NCBI GenBank assembly: GCA_963664875.1
Contig: OY761611.1
Span: 1,792,001-1,856,000 of the forward strand
Reading direction: 5' to 3'
From: Candidatus Kapaibacterium sp.
GTDB taxonomy: Bacteria > Bacteroidota > Ignavibacteria > Kapaibacteriales > UBA2268
Length of the DNA: 64,000 nt
Part shown: positions 38,005-50,068 of the stretch, piece after piece
How the letters are laid out: the number at the start of each line of letters is the position of its first letter
Numbering within the stretch: the stretch's first letter is position 1
Made by a program: the position numbers and the translations under genes
Notes under the pieces: model-generated
What the model saw: the letters and a program-made list of their open reading frames with translations, nothing else
Database searches by the model: none
Told to the model about the DNA's origin: nothing

Positions 38005-40266
38005 TTAGGCGTTTTGCTGCTTGATAAGATTCAATGCAGATCCGGCTTTAAACCAAGCAATTTGCGACTCATTATAAGTATGAATTGTTTCAATTTCGTC
38101 TAAGCTTCCGTCAGAATGTTTAAGAATTACCTTAACTTTTTTACCCGGAGCAAAGTCTTTAATTAATACATCTATGGTATCATCTTCCAATATCTTGTTA
38201 TAATCGTCTTTATTATCAAATGTAAGAGCCAACATTCCCTGCTTTTTAAGGTTTGTTTCATGAATTCGGGCAAAAGATTTGGTAAGCACTACTCTTACGC
38301 CAAGATGACGAGGTTCCATAGCAGCATGTTCGCGTGAAGAGCCTTCTCCGTAGTTTTCATCACCCACAACAATAGAGCCTATGCCCTGAGCTTTGTATGC
38401 TCTCTGCACTTTAGGCACTTCGTCGAAGCTACCATCGAGCTGATTTTTAACACTATTGGTTTCTTCATTGAAGAAATTAACAGCACCTGTCAGCATATTG
38501 TCAGAAATATTATCCAAGTGACCTCTAAATCTCAACCAAGGCCCGGCCATAGAGATATGGTCAGTAGTGCATTTTCCTTTTGCTTTTATTAGGAGCTTCA
38601 AGCCGGTCATATCCTTGCCGTCCCAAGCACTGAAAGGCTCTAATAATTGTAGTCTGCTCGAAGCAGGATCTACCAATACTTCTACATTAGAGCCATCTTC
38701 TGCAGGTGCCTGATAGCCGGCATCTTCTACTTCAAAGCCTTTTTGCGGAAGTTCGTCGCCTGTCGGCGCATCAAGCATTACTTCCTGCCCGTCTTCATTT
38801 ATCAGTTTATCAGTAAGCGGATTAAAGCTCATACTTCCTGCAATAGCTAAAGCAGTTACAATTTCAGGAGAAGCAACAAAACCATGTGTATTAGGGTTGC
38901 CGTCGTTTCTTTTCGCAAAGTTTCTGTTGAAAGAAGTAATAATAGAGTTTTTCTCTTTTTTATCAGCACCATGGCGAGCCCACTGGCCAATGCAAGGTCC
39001 GCAGGCATTAGCAAGCACTACGCCGCCGATTTTAGCAAAATCATCAATAAACCCGTCACGTTCGATAGTGTATCTAACAATTTCCGAACCCGGAGTGATG
39101 GTATATTCCGATTTGACTTTCAAATTTTTTGCAACAGCCTGCTTAGCTAAAGAAGCAGCTCTTGAAATATCCTCATAAGATGAGTTTGTACAAGAACCAA
39201 TAAGACCAACTTCTAATTTTTCAGGCCAGTCGTTTTCTTTCACTGCTTCAGCCATTTTGCTGATAGGAGTTGCAAGGTCAGGAGTAAACGGACCATTGAT
39301 ATGTGGCTCTAATTCAGAAAGATTAATTTCGATAACCTGATCAAAATATTTTTCAGGATTAGCATAAACTTCTGCATCGCCGGTTAGATACTCGGCATTA
39401 GCCTGAGCCATATCTGCTACTTCTTTTCTGCCCGTAGCAGCGAGGTAATCATACATTTTTTGGTCGAATCCAAAAGTAGAAGTAGTAGCTCCGATTTCAG
39501 CACCCATATTGCAGATAGTACCTTTACCGGTACAGGAGAGTGACTGAGCACCTTCTCCGAAGTATTCTACAATAGCTCCCGTACCGCCTTTCACGGTAAG
39601 GATACCTGCTACTTTGAGTATAACGTCTTTTGCGGCAGTCCATCCACTCATTTTGCCTGTCAATTTCACGCCTATAAGTTTAGGATACTTCAACTCCCAA
39701 GGCATTCCTGCCATTACGTCCACTGCGTCAGCACCACCAACTCCGATAGCAATCATGCCAAGTCCGCCGGCATTTGGCGTATGCGAATCGGTACCAATCA
39801 TCATCCCGCCCGGGAAAGCATAATTTTCCAAAACGACCTGGTGGATAATACCGGCACCCGGTTTCCAAAAACCTATGCCATATTTATTAGATACAGATGC
39901 AAGAAAGTCGTAAACTTCTTTGTTAGTATCTTTAGCAACTTCCAAATCTTTATCAGCTCCGACTTTCGCCTGTATAAGGTGGTCGCAGTGCACAGTAGAT
40001 GGCACGGCAGTGCGGCTTTTTCCTGCCTGCATAAACTGTAGTAGTGCCATCTGAGCAGTAGCATCCTGCATTGCAACTCTATCGGGGCTAAAGTTGACGT
40101 AATCTTCGCCACGTTTAAAATCATTCAAATCATTTTGCTCATAAAGGTGAGCAAGAAGAATTTTTTCCGCTAAAGTAAGCGGTCTGCCTGTTACTTCCTT
40201 TGCTTTGTTCACTTTAGCAGCAAAAGAAGCATAGTGCCTTTTAAGCATCTCAAGATCAAAAATCAT
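38005..40266 (-). CDS. acnA: Aconitate hydratase (mitochondrial-type)
   Basis: [51 protein letters not shown]. Confidence 0.96.
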   Translation of the reverse strand: MIFDLEMLKRHYASFAAKVNKAKEVTGRPLTLAEKILLAHLYEQNDLNDFKRGEDYVNFSPDRVAMQDATAQMALLQFMQAGKSRTAVPSTVHCDHLIQAKVGADKDLEVAKDTNKEVYDFLASVSNKYGIGFWKPGAGIIHQVVLENYAFPGGMMIGTDSHTPNAGGLGMIAIGVGGADAVDVMAGMPWELKYPKLIGVKLTGKMSGWTAAKDVILKVAGILTVKGGTGAIVEYFGEGAQSLSCTGKGTICNMGAEIGATTSTFGFDQKMYDYLAATGRKEVADMAQANAEYLTGDAEVYANPEKYFDQVIEINLSELEPHINGPFTPDLATPISKMAEAVKENDWPEKLEVGLIGSCTNSSYEDISRAASLAKQAVAKNLKVKSEYTITPGSEIVRYTIERDGFIDDFAKIGGVVLANACGPCIGQWARHGADKKEKNSIITSFNRNFAKRNDGNPNTHGFVASPEIVTALAIAGSMSFNPLTDKLINEDGQEVMLDAPTGDELPQKGFEVEDAGYQAPAEDGSNVEVLVDPASSRLQLLEPFSAWDGKDMTGLKLLIKAKGKCTTDHISMAGPWLRFRGHLDNISDNMLTGAVNFFNEETNSVKNQLDGSFDEVPKVQRAYKAQGIGSIVVGDENYGEGSSREHAAMEPRHLGVRVVLTKSFARIHETNLKKQGMLALTFDNKDDYNKILEDDTIDVLIKDFAPGKKVKVILKHSDGSLDEIETIHTYNESQIAWFKAGSALNLIKQQNA

Positions 40267-40455
40267 TACATTGCACCTATATATATAGAAAGAAACCTAA
40301 TTACTAAATTATAAGAAGTAGGCTGTACCTATTAATCCTTATTCAAATTATGATTTTCACCCTGAATTAGCTCACAATTAACACAAAGATTGTATTTTTC
40401 ATTCGAAATCTTAAATCCAATCCAGTACTTGTATCATTATTTTATCGGAGCAGTA

Positions 40456-42927
40456 ATGCCAAAACTCCGTCTTAATCTATTTAGCAAAGTATTCGGCTTT
40501 GCAGCCCTATTAGAGCTAATTATGGTCGTTATTGTACTTTTTTCAGTTTTTGCTTTCAATACACAAAAAGAACGAGACGATTTCCGGGAAATACAATCTC
40601 TGATGTTAGAAGCTAATCACCAGAGAAGCGACTTTTCAAAATACAGAGACTCCGCTTCAGTTTCAAAATTCAATCAAAAAATTGCTTCGATCGACAGCAT
40701 TTTGTTAGATTATAGAGACGACAATACTATATCTTCATTTCTACTGAAAAAGAAAGATTATAAAAAAATCTTTGAAAATTATGAAAATGAGATGGCAAAA
40801 CGCGGACTCGACGAGGAATCCGGAATAGAAGGAGCGTTTAGAAAATCGGTACATGAGCTGGAATCCAAAATAAAAGAACTCGATTCAAAAGACATGATGA
40901 TTGCCATGCTTCAAGCTCGAAGAAGTGAGAAAGATTACCTTATGCGTAAAGACGACAAATACGTAAAAAAAGTAAATATGGCTATCAGCTCTGTAATCAA
41001 ATTAGCAGAATCTAAATCAATAACACCATCAGACTTTGCTTCAATCAAATTGCTTGCCGACAATTACCTTTCAACATTTTCTTCCACGGTAGAAGTATTT
41101 AAAAAGTTAGACGAACTCGAAACTGCAATAATCGAAGACGAAGCAGAAATCTTAGCAATAGTTAAAGACATTTGCCTTCAAAAAACTATAAAAGCAGAGC
41201 AAATGAAAAATATACAGTACATTGCCGCAGGTCTTTCTATTCTTCTTGGTCTCATACTATCTTATATTATTGCTAAAGGAATCACAAAACCGGTAAACAA
41301 TTTGCAACAATTAGCAAAACAAATAGAAGCAGGTGACTTTTCAATTCCTGAAAAGATAACGGCAAGTGACGAAATCGGCGAACTCTATAATTCATTTACG
41401 GATATGACTTCCGTTCTCTCAGGATTGATCACAGAAGTAAACCATCTGACTCACTCTGCAGCGGAAGGTAAGTTAAGCATCAGAGGCAATTCTTCTAAAT
41501 ACAATGGAGGCTTCAAAGAAATTATTGAAGGCTTGAATCTGACTATGGATAACCTCCTAATACCTACAAATATCACTGCTGAATACATAGACAGAATATC
41601 AAAAGGCGATGTGCCGCCCAAAATCGAAAAAGAATTCATGGGCGATTTCCGTGAATTGAAAAACAACATGAACACTTGCATTGATGCAATAAATATGCTT
41701 ATCAAAGATACAGATATGCTGGCAGGTGCTGCACAGACCGGTAATCTTAGCACACGTGCAGATGCTTCATTACACAAAGGCGACTTCAAAAAAATTGTTC
41801 AGGGGGTAAATCTTGCTCTTGATTCAATAGTAGATCCAATAAGCGAAGCCGGCGAAATTTTGAAAGATTTATCCAATGGCGATTTGACTGTGCAGATGAC
41901 CGGCAACTACCAGGGAAGAATGGATTTGCTAAAACGAGACATAAACAGCTTAGCCAGTACATTCCGTGCATTGATTAAACAGGTATCAACTTCTGTATCT
42001 ACAGCTGTGGCTGGTTCCCACCAAATTAGAATGTCCACCGACGAATTCCTTGTGGCTTCTAAAGAAACAGAACAACAAACAGAATTAGTCGCTAATTCTA
42101 TTGACGAAATGAGCAGAACGCTACAAGAAAATGCACAAAGCACTCATCAGGCAACTGTAATGGCTGAAACAAATCGGGAAATCGCAACTGCAGGATTCGA
42201 AATAGTTGGCAAAACTGTAAACAAAATGAGAGATATAGCCGGTTTGGTGAGAAACTCTGCTGAGGAAATCGAAAAACTTGGAGATTCTTCCAAAAAAATT
42301 GGAGAAATAATTTCAGTAATCGATGAAATCGCTGACCAGACCAATCTTCTTGCTCTAAATGCTGCCATCGAAGCTGCCAGAGCAGGCGAACAAGGCAGAG
42401 GTTTTGCAGTGGTAGCTGACGAAGTAAGAAAGCTTGCCGAAAGGACTACCGACGCTACTAAAAGTATCACTAATATGATACAGGGAATACAACAGGAAAC
42501 ACAAAAAGCTGTAAACGAAATGGTACGTGGTACTTCTGAAGTTACAATTGGTATCGAGCTTGCAGATCAGGCAGGTGATTCGCTGAATAAAGTAGTCAGC
42601 AGCTCTGAAGAAGTACTCGATATGATTAACCAAATTTCTGCTTCAAATGCTGAGCTTTCTGCGACAGGTGATGAAATTGCAAAACATGTGGTCTCCATTT
42701 CCAAAATGACTAAAGACTCTGTCAATAGTCTTCAGGAAATTGCTGACTCTGCTAATAATCTTGACAAGCTAAATAGCAAAACAAGTAAGTTTATGACTAA
42801 TTTCAAAATATCCAAGCATAATGGACTAAATATGCAAAATCAGGATTTATTCGACGATGAAGATGATTATTATTCAGAGCAGCACGAAATGATAGCTCTA
42901 AGCGACGGTAACTCTTATGAAATGTGA
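40456..42927 (+). CDS. Methyl-accepting chemotaxis protein with HBM-like sensor and poly-HAMP region
   Basis: Two TM segments; [14 protein letters not shown] sensor; tandem HAMP repeats; [40 protein letters not shown]. Confidence 0.95.
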   Translation: MPKLRLNLFSKVFGFAALLELIMVVIVLFSVFAFNTQKERDDFREIQSLMLEANHQRSDFSKYRDSASVSKFNQKIASIDSILLDYRDDNTISSFLLKKKDYKKIFENYENEMAKRGLDEESGIEGAFRKSVHELESKIKELDSKDMMIAMLQARRSEKDYLMRKDDKYVKKVNMAISSVIKLAESKSITPSDFASIKLLADNYLSTFSSTVEVFKKLDELETAIIEDEAEILAIVKDICLQKTIKAEQMKNIQYIAAGLSILLGLILSYIIAKGITKPVNNLQQLAKQIEAGDFSIPEKITASDEIGELYNSFTDMTSVLSGLITEVNHLTHSAAEGKLSIRGNSSKYNGGFKEIIEGLNLTMDNLLIPTNITAEYIDRISKGDVPPKIEKEFMGDFRELKNNMNTCIDAINMLIKDTDMLAGAAQTGNLSTRADASLHKGDFKKIVQGVNLALDSIVDPISEAGEILKDLSNGDLTVQMTGNYQGRMDLLKRDINSLASTFRALIKQVSTSVSTAVAGSHQIRMSTDEFLVASKETEQQTELVANSIDEMSRTLQENAQSTHQATVMAETNREIATAGFEIVGKTVNKMRDIAGLVRNSAEEIEKLGDSSKKIGEIISVIDEIADQTNLLALNAAIEAARAGEQGRGFAVVADEVRKLAERTTDATKSITNMIQGIQQETQKAVNEMVRGTSEVTIGIELADQAGDSLNKVVSSSEEVLDMINQISASNAELSATGDEIAKHVVSISKMTKDSVNSLQEIADSANNLDKLNSKTSKFMTNFKISKHNGLNMQNQDLFDDEDDYYSEQHEMIALSDGNSYEM

Positions 42928-43158
42928 TAGCTGATAGCTTTTCTTTCAAAATATCATTACATATATTAATGTATAGGCAAGGTGTGCGAGGCATATACTT
43001 GCCTTTTTTTTCTATGATAATCCGTAATGTCCTTACTGATTGAAAATCGCACTTCACAATAAGCTATATCGATATACGCCTAAATTGAAATCAAAACATA
43101 TTTGTTTATAATCAAATATGACAGATAATACTTTAATAATAATTTTGGATTTATAGAG

Positions 43159-43578
43159 ATGAAAGCTAATCTTAAATTAGACAGAAATATGCGGATTATC
43201 GGAACAAACGAAAAAGGGTTGGAAACTATTTTTGATACTTCTCCCAAGGTAGGAGGAGAAGATACGGCTCCGACACCAATGGAAATTATGCTACAATCTG
43301 TTGCTGCCTGCTCATTTATGGATACTATCAGCATTCTTCGTAAAAAAAGAAAAACTATAATAGATTTACAGATAGATATCGAAGGCGAAAGAACAGAAGA
43401 GCATCCAAAAATTTTTAAAACGATAGTTCTAAAATACACTCTTACAAGCCCCGATGCTGAATTGAATGATTTAGAACGAGCAGTCGAACTCTCACAGGAT
43501 AAATACTGCGGTGCTTCTGCGATGATGAAGTTAGCAGGAGCAGATGTCAGCTATCAGGTTGATTTGAAAAGACCTTAA
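43159..43578 (+). CDS. OsmC family protein
   Basis: APTPMEIMLQSVAACS, ERTEEHPKIF, LSQDKYCGAS. Confidence 0.9.
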   Translation: MKANLKLDRNMRIIGTNEKGLETIFDTSPKVGGEDTAPTPMEIMLQSVAACSFMDTISILRKKRKTIIDLQIDIEGERTEEHPKIFKTIVLKYTLTSPDAELNDLERAVELSQDKYCGASAMMKLAGADVSYQVDLKRP

Positions 43579-43689
43579 AATAAATATGCAAGCACTCTCA
43601 AAATAGTTTCATTTTTTACTAAAATGATTTTGAGAGTGCCTTATATATCTTTATCTTTGTTGTTTTTTACCCGAACCGAGAACAGCACC

Positions 43690-44979
43690 ATGAAACCACC
43701 ATTTTCTGATAAAGAAATTGTATTTGAATTGCCTCCTTTTGAATCTGGTATTCTGAAAAACGGCACTGAATACTATCTAATAAATGATTCTAACCAGACT
43801 ATTACTACTATAAATATAATTGCCCCTGCAGGTGCTTATTTTGACAAAAAAAACGGAACAGCAGCATTTGCTGCAAAGCTAATGCAACGAGGCACTATCA
43901 AACACAACGCCACTGAATTGAGTAGATTAATCGAAAATATGGGGCTCAACCTTTCGGGGTCAGCTCTTTGGGACGAAGTTTCATTCAATCTGACAGGGAT
44001 GCCTCAGTTCATAGAAGATGGTCTGGATTTACTTGGCGATATATTATTTCATCCTACATTCGAGGAAAAAGAACTTGAGTTTCTGAAATCCAAAACTATT
44101 TCTTCGATTGAACAAGACTTGGTAAACCCTGCTTACTTGGCTCAAGTTGCTTTCAATACTAACCTTTATAAAAATCACCCTTATGGCAGATCACGTGTCG
44201 GCACAATAGAAGAAGTTACTCTTATTGATAGGAATGATTGCATTGAGTGGCATAATAGTTTGCTAAAATCTAAGATGTCAATTTTTGTAGCCGGCAATTT
44301 TGCCAAAGATAGAATCCTTTCAAAATTAGAAACCATATTTTCATCCGCTAATTTAACGGATAATCAACCGGTTTATTCTCAAGTAGCATACTCTCTATCA
44401 GCAACTCCAATACTTGCCGAAAAAAAAGAAGCTCCACAAGTTACTGTCAGATATGGTTTCCCGACGATAAACAGAAATGATGCCGATTACCCATATCTGC
44501 AGTTAATCAATACAATCCTTGGAGGATACTTCCTCTCTCGATTGAATAAAATTATTCGTGAAGAAAAAGGTTATACTTATGGGCTACATTCGACTATAGA
44601 AAATAGAAAAGCTTCGTCGGCTTTTTATATTTCGACGGATATAAATGCAGATAAAGTAAAAGAAACATTAGCAGAAATTGATAAGCAAATTGATATAATT
44701 GCCTCAAACAAAATACCTCACGAAGAACTCTTGCAGGCACAAAGATACATTCTCGGCATTTTTCTCAGATCTACTGAAACTCCTCAGCAAGCTGCCTCAC
44801 TTATTAGAACTACAAAAATCTATGGGCTGCCGATAGACTACCACAAGCAGTTAGTTTCTAAAATCAGTAAAGCAACGCCTGAAATGCTCATGCCGTATCA
44901 AGCTAAATTTTTTGGTAAGGTTCCAAAAACTATAGTACTTTGTGGTGACATAGATAGAATAAAAGCACAATTAGGCTAA
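43690..44979 (+). CDS. Peptidase M16 family protein, probably a non-catalytic subunit
   Basis: GTAAFAAKLMQRGT replaces HxxEH; HPYG; ILGGYFLSRLNKIIREEKGYTYG. Confidence 0.85.
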   Translation: MKPPFSDKEIVFELPPFESGILKNGTEYYLINDSNQTITTINIIAPAGAYFDKKNGTAAFAAKLMQRGTIKHNATELSRLIENMGLNLSGSALWDEVSFNLTGMPQFIEDGLDLLGDILFHPTFEEKELEFLKSKTISSIEQDLVNPAYLAQVAFNTNLYKNHPYGRSRVGTIEEVTLIDRNDCIEWHNSLLKSKMSIFVAGNFAKDRILSKLETIFSSANLTDNQPVYSQVAYSLSATPILAEKKEAPQVTVRYGFPTINRNDADYPYLQLINTILGGYFLSRLNKIIREEKGYTYGLHSTIENRKASSAFYISTDINADKVKETLAEIDKQIDIIASNKIPHEELLQAQRYILGIFLRSTETPQQAASLIRTTKIYGLPIDYHKQLVSKISKATPEMLMPYQAKFFGKVPKTIVLCGDIDRIKAQLG

Positions 44980-45100
44980 ATGCAACATTTCGGCATAAAG
45001 ATTGAACTAAATCATATAATTAATTATATTTTCCATTATACTAATTATCCGATAAGTTTGTCTTTATATTAGGTTCTGCAACTCATAAGGAAATATTGAA

Positions 45101-46957
45101 TTGGCAGTCAACAATCAAATACTTGCATTTATGCCTGATAAATATAAAAATGAAGTCTCGTCCGCTTTAGCTGGCTTTTCAGTTGTTTTTTTTGACAAGA
45201 TGTTGGATTTCATTGAAGGACTTTCTGAGTCAGACGCCTCGGCTGCTCTAATTATGTCTGATGAAATCAGTTCACTAAGCAGTGCAATCTCGCATAGTGC
45301 TAATTCTGATATTCCTATCATCCGGATTATAGCAAATTACACGGAAGAGCATATTGTAAATTCTATAAAACTTGGATTTGACGAATGTGTAAGCTTATCA
45401 AATATTATACGACTCCCCAGAGCCATCAGAGCGTTTGAAAACTCATACAGCAATAAGAGGAAAAGCTCAAAAATAAAAATAGCCGGAATTAAAAAAGAGC
45501 TTCTTGAGATTTTTGATTTGATGCCAAATATGGTTCTTCTAAAAGATGCAGATACATTTAACTATGTATATATTAATAGGAAAGGCGAAGAGCTCCTCGG
45601 TGTTAGTCTGCCAAATATTATAGGAAAAAATGTATTCGACCTCGTCCCCGAAAAGTATGCGGAAATATTCCATCAAAAAGATTTGCTAACACTCAAATCC
45701 ACATCCCCTGTTTTAGTTGAAGATACTTTGCTTCCAACTAAAAGGGGTGAGATAAAGTGCTTTGAAAGCGTAAAAATTCTTATACAAAACGGTGACAAGA
45801 ACAAAAAATATATTTTGGAATTTTCGCTTGATAATACACTAAGACGAAGCATCAAAGAAGAACTTGAAACCACGCAATCAAGATTCGACAAAATATTTGT
45901 AACAAGTCCAAATATTCTAATCATTGAATCTTTGCAAACAAGGACATTAATGAATGCCAACCCCGCTTTTGAAAAACTAACCGGCAGGTCAAAATCTGAA
46001 CTTATTGGTAAATCTTTCAAAGACTTAGGAGTTTGGATTGATGATTATAAAATAGAAGAAATGCTCTCTGCTGCTATCGATACAGGCAAGGCTCACAATC
46101 ATTCCGTTCGCCTTATGGATGCAAACGGCGAATTGAAATATTACCTTATCTCCATTGATTATCTATCTATCGAAAACAAAGAATGTATGCTTTACACTGG
46201 TCAGGACATCACTGACAAAAGCGAAGGTGAAATTGAGCTCAAAAGACTTCTACAGAAACAAAGAAATCTTGCTCAGCTCAAAAACAGATTCATTTCTCTT
46301 ATCTCTCATGAGTTTCGAACTCCACTAACTACTATCATGCTGTCTGCTGATTTGCTCAAAAGATACTCACAGGCTTGGGACGATAATGAAAAAACGAAAC
46401 ACTACGACCGTATAAAACAAACAATCCTGAGTATGACAAAAATGCTCGAGAACGTTACTATACTTAGCAAAATAGAAAGTAAAGAAATCGATATCTTCCC
46501 TGAAAGAATCAATCTAACACAATTTGCTCAGGCGATGGCTGAAACCGCAGCTCTGAATATGCCGTCAGCTAATGTGATTCAAGTGACTAACCTCAATCAA
46601 AATATTGAGGAAATAGTATCAGACGAAAACCTGCTTGGGCTTTCGTTGATAAATGTCATATACAATGCTATAAAATTTTCAGATAGCGACAAAGGAATAG
46701 AAATCGAAACTGAAGTAAAAGAAAAAATAGCCAATATTAAAATTAAGGATTCCGGCAAAGGAATCAAAGAGCAAGACTTACCTTATGTTACTCAAGCTTT
46801 TTACCGCGGCGATAATACAGTCAACGTTCCAGGCTACGGGCTTGGTCTCGCAATTACTAAAAAATCAATAGAAATGCTCGGAGGCACTTTGTATATTAAT
46901 AGTACTCAAAATCTTGGGACTGTTGTTTCGATTAGCATCCCGAGATATTTTTTATAA
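45101..46957 (+). CDS. PAS-domain sensor histidine kinase with degenerate N-terminal receiver-like domain
   Basis: Two PAS motifs; H-box SHEFRTPLT, N-box NAIKFS, DSGKGI, GYGLGLAI. Confidence 0.9.
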   Translation: MAVNNQILAFMPDKYKNEVSSALAGFSVVFFDKMLDFIEGLSESDASAALIMSDEISSLSSAISHSANSDIPIIRIIANYTEEHIVNSIKLGFDECVSLSNIIRLPRAIRAFENSYSNKRKSSKIKIAGIKKELLEIFDLMPNMVLLKDADTFNYVYINRKGEELLGVSLPNIIGKNVFDLVPEKYAEIFHQKDLLTLKSTSPVLVEDTLLPTKRGEIKCFESVKILIQNGDKNKKYILEFSLDNTLRRSIKEELETTQSRFDKIFVTSPNILIIESLQTRTLMNANPAFEKLTGRSKSELIGKSFKDLGVWIDDYKIEEMLSAAIDTGKAHNHSVRLMDANGELKYYLISIDYLSIENKECMLYTGQDITDKSEGEIELKRLLQKQRNLAQLKNRFISLISHEFRTPLTTIMLSADLLKRYSQAWDDNEKTKHYDRIKQTILSMTKMLENVTILSKIESKEIDIFPERINLTQFAQAMAETAALNMPSANVIQVTNLNQNIEEIVSDENLLGLSLINVIYNAIKFSDSDKGIEIETEVKEKIANIKIKDSGKGIKEQDLPYVTQAFYRGDNTVNVPGYGLGLAITKKSIEMLGGTLYINSTQNLGTVVSISIPRYFL

Positions 46958-47030
46958 ACTCCTGTATAATATCTTTTTCTTATCTTTATATTTTAAGATT
47001 AAGATATTTATAAATATATAGGAGTTATAA

Positions 47031-48446
47031 ATGGCAGCAAATACTGCAAAAAGAACACCTTTCCCGTTTAATTACTGGGTTGCCATCATTTTCGAGTTTT
47101 TCGAACGTGGCTCATACTATGGTGTAATGAGTATTCTTTCAGTTTATATGACTGACCAGCTTGGCTTTAGTAAAGAAGGCGTAGGTGCTCTTAAATCAAC
47201 CATTCAACCTATACTTTACTTCCTTCCTATTCTTACCGGAGCAATTGCCGACAGAATGGGTTACAGAAAAACACTACTCGCTGCGTTTTCACTTTTAGGT
47301 TTGGGATATTTCCTAGCTGCAGGGACTACTGAGTATGTTCCCATCTTTTTGTTCCTTGTAGTGATGGCAGTTGGTGCGGGTACATTCAAGCCAATTATCT
47401 CCGGCACAATAGCTCGGGCGACAGATGAAACTAACTCAACTATTGGATTTGGCATTTTTTATTGGTCTATCAATCTTGGAGCGTTTTTGTTCCCATTGAT
47501 AGTAGTACCATTCTTAAAATCCATCGACCAGGCTTATGTCCTTTATGCAGCTGCAATAGGAACAGGAGCAATGATTATTCCTACCATCTTCGTTTTTAAA
47601 GAACCTGAAAGAGGCGAAGGTGAAAATACAGCTCGCGAGCCGCTTGGCAAAATGATAAAAGATGTTTTCGAAAAAGTTTATATCGTTTTCCTCGATTTCA
47701 AATTTATTCTGTTTATTGCACTTTATTCAATGTTTTGGATTTTATATTTCCAAATGTTTGACACAGTGCTTTGGTATGTCAGAGACTTCGTTGACGCCAC
47801 ACCATTAAATAATTTTGTCTCAGGCGTGTTAGGTTTTGACTGGAAATTTGACGTAGAACACGTTACTGTTATCAATGCTTTCACAATAATTGTTTTGCAG
47901 CTGTTTATATCCTCGATAGTAAAAAACACAAAAGCCCTGCCTACCATCATTACGGGAATCTCTATCGGCACAATAGGTATGGCTATTCTTGCTTTAAGCT
48001 CCAATATTTGGGTTTTTATGGCTGGTATCACTATTTTTTCTATTGGCGAAATGACAGCTCATCCAAAATATATCTCTTACCTCGGTCTAATTGCTCCGGC
48101 TGACAAAAAAGCAACATATATGGGATTTGGATTTCTATACGGATTCTTTGGTTCGCTAATTGGTGGCATTTTGGGTGCAAAACTCTATGTATGGTTTATA
48201 GATAATCCTATGATAGGATTTGTAAAAGCAAAAATGGCAGAGCTTCAGGCAGGTTCGCCTTCAGCTACGATGACAGTCGAACAGGCATTATCTAAAGCAA
48301 ACGAGCTCGGAATTGCAAAAGAGCAGGTCGCCTCTGCTGCTTACACATCTGAGCTTTGGCTTCTGTTTTCGGGTATAGGAGTGCTTTGCATAATTTCCTT
48401 ATTACTTTACGACAAATTTATCGGCACCAGAGAAAAAGCTCAATAA
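47031..48446 (+). CDS. MFS transporter, POT/peptide transporter-like
   Basis: EFFERGSYYG (ExxERxxYYG), GAIADRMG, GTFKP, FYWSINLGA. Confidence 0.88.
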   Translation: MAANTAKRTPFPFNYWVAIIFEFFERGSYYGVMSILSVYMTDQLGFSKEGVGALKSTIQPILYFLPILTGAIADRMGYRKTLLAAFSLLGLGYFLAAGTTEYVPIFLFLVVMAVGAGTFKPIISGTIARATDETNSTIGFGIFYWSINLGAFLFPLIVVPFLKSIDQAYVLYAAAIGTGAMIIPTIFVFKEPERGEGENTAREPLGKMIKDVFEKVYIVFLDFKFILFIALYSMFWILYFQMFDTVLWYVRDFVDATPLNNFVSGVLGFDWKFDVEHVTVINAFTIIVLQLFISSIVKNTKALPTIITGISIGTIGMAILALSSNIWVFMAGITIFSIGEMTAHPKYISYLGLIAPADKKATYMGFGFLYGFFGSLIGGILGAKLYVWFIDNPMIGFVKAKMAELQAGSPSATMTVEQALSKANELGIAKEQVASAAYTSELWLLFSGIGVLCIISLLLYDKFIGTREKAQ

Positions 48447-48762
48447 CAATTCGCAATCCCCTTCTTATAAAAACAAAAATCAGAAGGGGATTTTGTTTCT
48501 CTGTTATTTGTCATTAAAACTGTAAACAAGCTTTGTATAATGCATTAGGACAAGGGAGTATGCTCCATTGTTCCGGTAGCTAAGATTACTTTATTACTAA
48601 TGGACTAGGGGTTTTAACCCCTCCTCATCATAGCATTTAACTACAATGCTATATTTTCTAATGCTATTTTTAGGTTTATATGATAAAAAAAAGGATAAAC
48701 CTTACTTATCATAAGATTTACCCTTAATATTAAAATTTATTTGTGCAGAAATCTGATTAAAA

Positions 48763-49656
48763 TTAGCCTACCATGCCTGCATCTTTTAGTGCTTTAGCAA
48801 TTAGTTCTTTATTATGAGGCAAAATCGGAACAAGCGGCAATCTGAAATTTTCTTCGCAGTATCCGAGCATTGCCATAATAGTTTTAACAGGAACAGGATT
48901 AGTCTCTACAAAGTTATAAGCCATCAAATCCAACAGCTCATACTGAGTTTTAACTGCTTTTTTGAAGTTCCCGTTCAAGGCAGCTCTTATAGCATCGCCA
49001 AACTTTTTAGGTGCGTAGTTTGCAATTACAGACATAATACCTGCAGCACCTAACATAATAGCAGGTAAAGCAAGCGAATCATCACCACAGTATAGCAAAA
49101 AATCTTTAGGTGCATATTTCATAATCTGCATCATTTGCTCCAAATCGCCGGAAGCTTCTTTGGTAGCATATACATTTGGAATTTCTTCTGCAATTTTTAA
49201 TTGAGTATCAACTTCAATATTTACTCCGCTGCGTGATGGCACGTTATAAATTATTAGAGGTAAATCCACAGATTCGGAAACAGCAAGAAAATGCTGAAAA
49301 AGACCTTCCTGCGATGGTTTATTATAGTATGGAGTAACAAGAAGAGCAGCAGCGGCTCCATGCTCTTTTGCTATGAGAGTCATATCTATCGTTTGCTGAG
49401 TATTATTAGAACCCGTGCCGGCAATGATCGGTACTCTGCCTGCAGAATATTCAACAGCTTGGATAATAAGAGACATTTTCTCTTTTGCGTTCAAAGTAGC
49501 ACTTTCGCCTGTAGATCCGCCCACTAAAATAGCTTCAACTCCACTGTCGATTTGGAAATCAATTATTTTTTTCAGTGCATCAAAATCAATTGATAAGTCT
49601 TTTTTGAAAGGTGTAATTAAAGCAGGTATAGTCCCTTTCACTTGCTTAATATCCAT
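48763..49656 (-). CDS. dapA: 4-hydroxy-tetrahydrodipicolinate synthase
   Basis: GSTGES, AGTGSNNT, PYYNKPSQEG, IYNVPSR, KEASG, ETNPVPVK. Confidence 0.96.
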   Translation of the reverse strand: MDIKQVKGTIPALITPFKKDLSIDFDALKKIIDFQIDSGVEAILVGGSTGESATLNAKEKMSLIIQAVEYSAGRVPIIAGTGSNNTQQTIDMTLIAKEHGAAAALLVTPYYNKPSQEGLFQHFLAVSESVDLPLIIYNVPSRSGVNIEVDTQLKIAEEIPNVYATKEASGDLEQMMQIMKYAPKDFLLYCGDDSLALPAIMLGAAGIMSVIANYAPKKFGDAIRAALNGNFKKAVKTQYELLDLMAYNFVETNPVPVKTIMAMLGYCEENFRLPLVPILPHNKELIAKALKDAGMVG

Positions 49657-49935
49657 GCTTTTCCCCTGTAAAAAATTTATTTTGTTTCAAATTATGTCTA
49701 AAATAATATCAGCAAAAGTTGCTTTCGGTATATATAAGTCCTTAAAGTACAATTTAATCAATCATTGGGTAAATAAAAACACATTTTTAAAATATATTAA
49801 CGTATAATTTGAAATATTGACTAAAATTAGACAAGCCTCGTCTCAAATATATATAGACTTATGCACGCTATTTAAATTGTACTGTATTGATAAATAGAGA
49901 CTTACATAGCTTTTTGCCATGCCGTATTTTCTTTG

Positions 49936-49950
49936 TGGCATGATATTTGG
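49936..49950 (+). promoter_or_regulatory. Possible sigma54 promoter for the giant T9SS gene
   Basis: TGGCATGATATTTGG with canonical 10-nt spacing but GG instead of GC at -12. Confidence 0.35.
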
Positions 49951-50068
49951 ACTTTGGCAAAAAAATCTATTTCAGAAAATTTTTTTTTGGTCGAGAAATA
50001 GATTAGCTAGCGCTATTTAAAACAATAGAAAATAAGTACTTAAAATAATAAATACCTCGGAGGTATCG

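Noticed and set aside
43592-43639. 13-bp inverted repeat after osmC
   Set aside because: Most simply an ordinary terminator or stability hairpin; the ORF-track extension of the M16 gene into it is probably spurious
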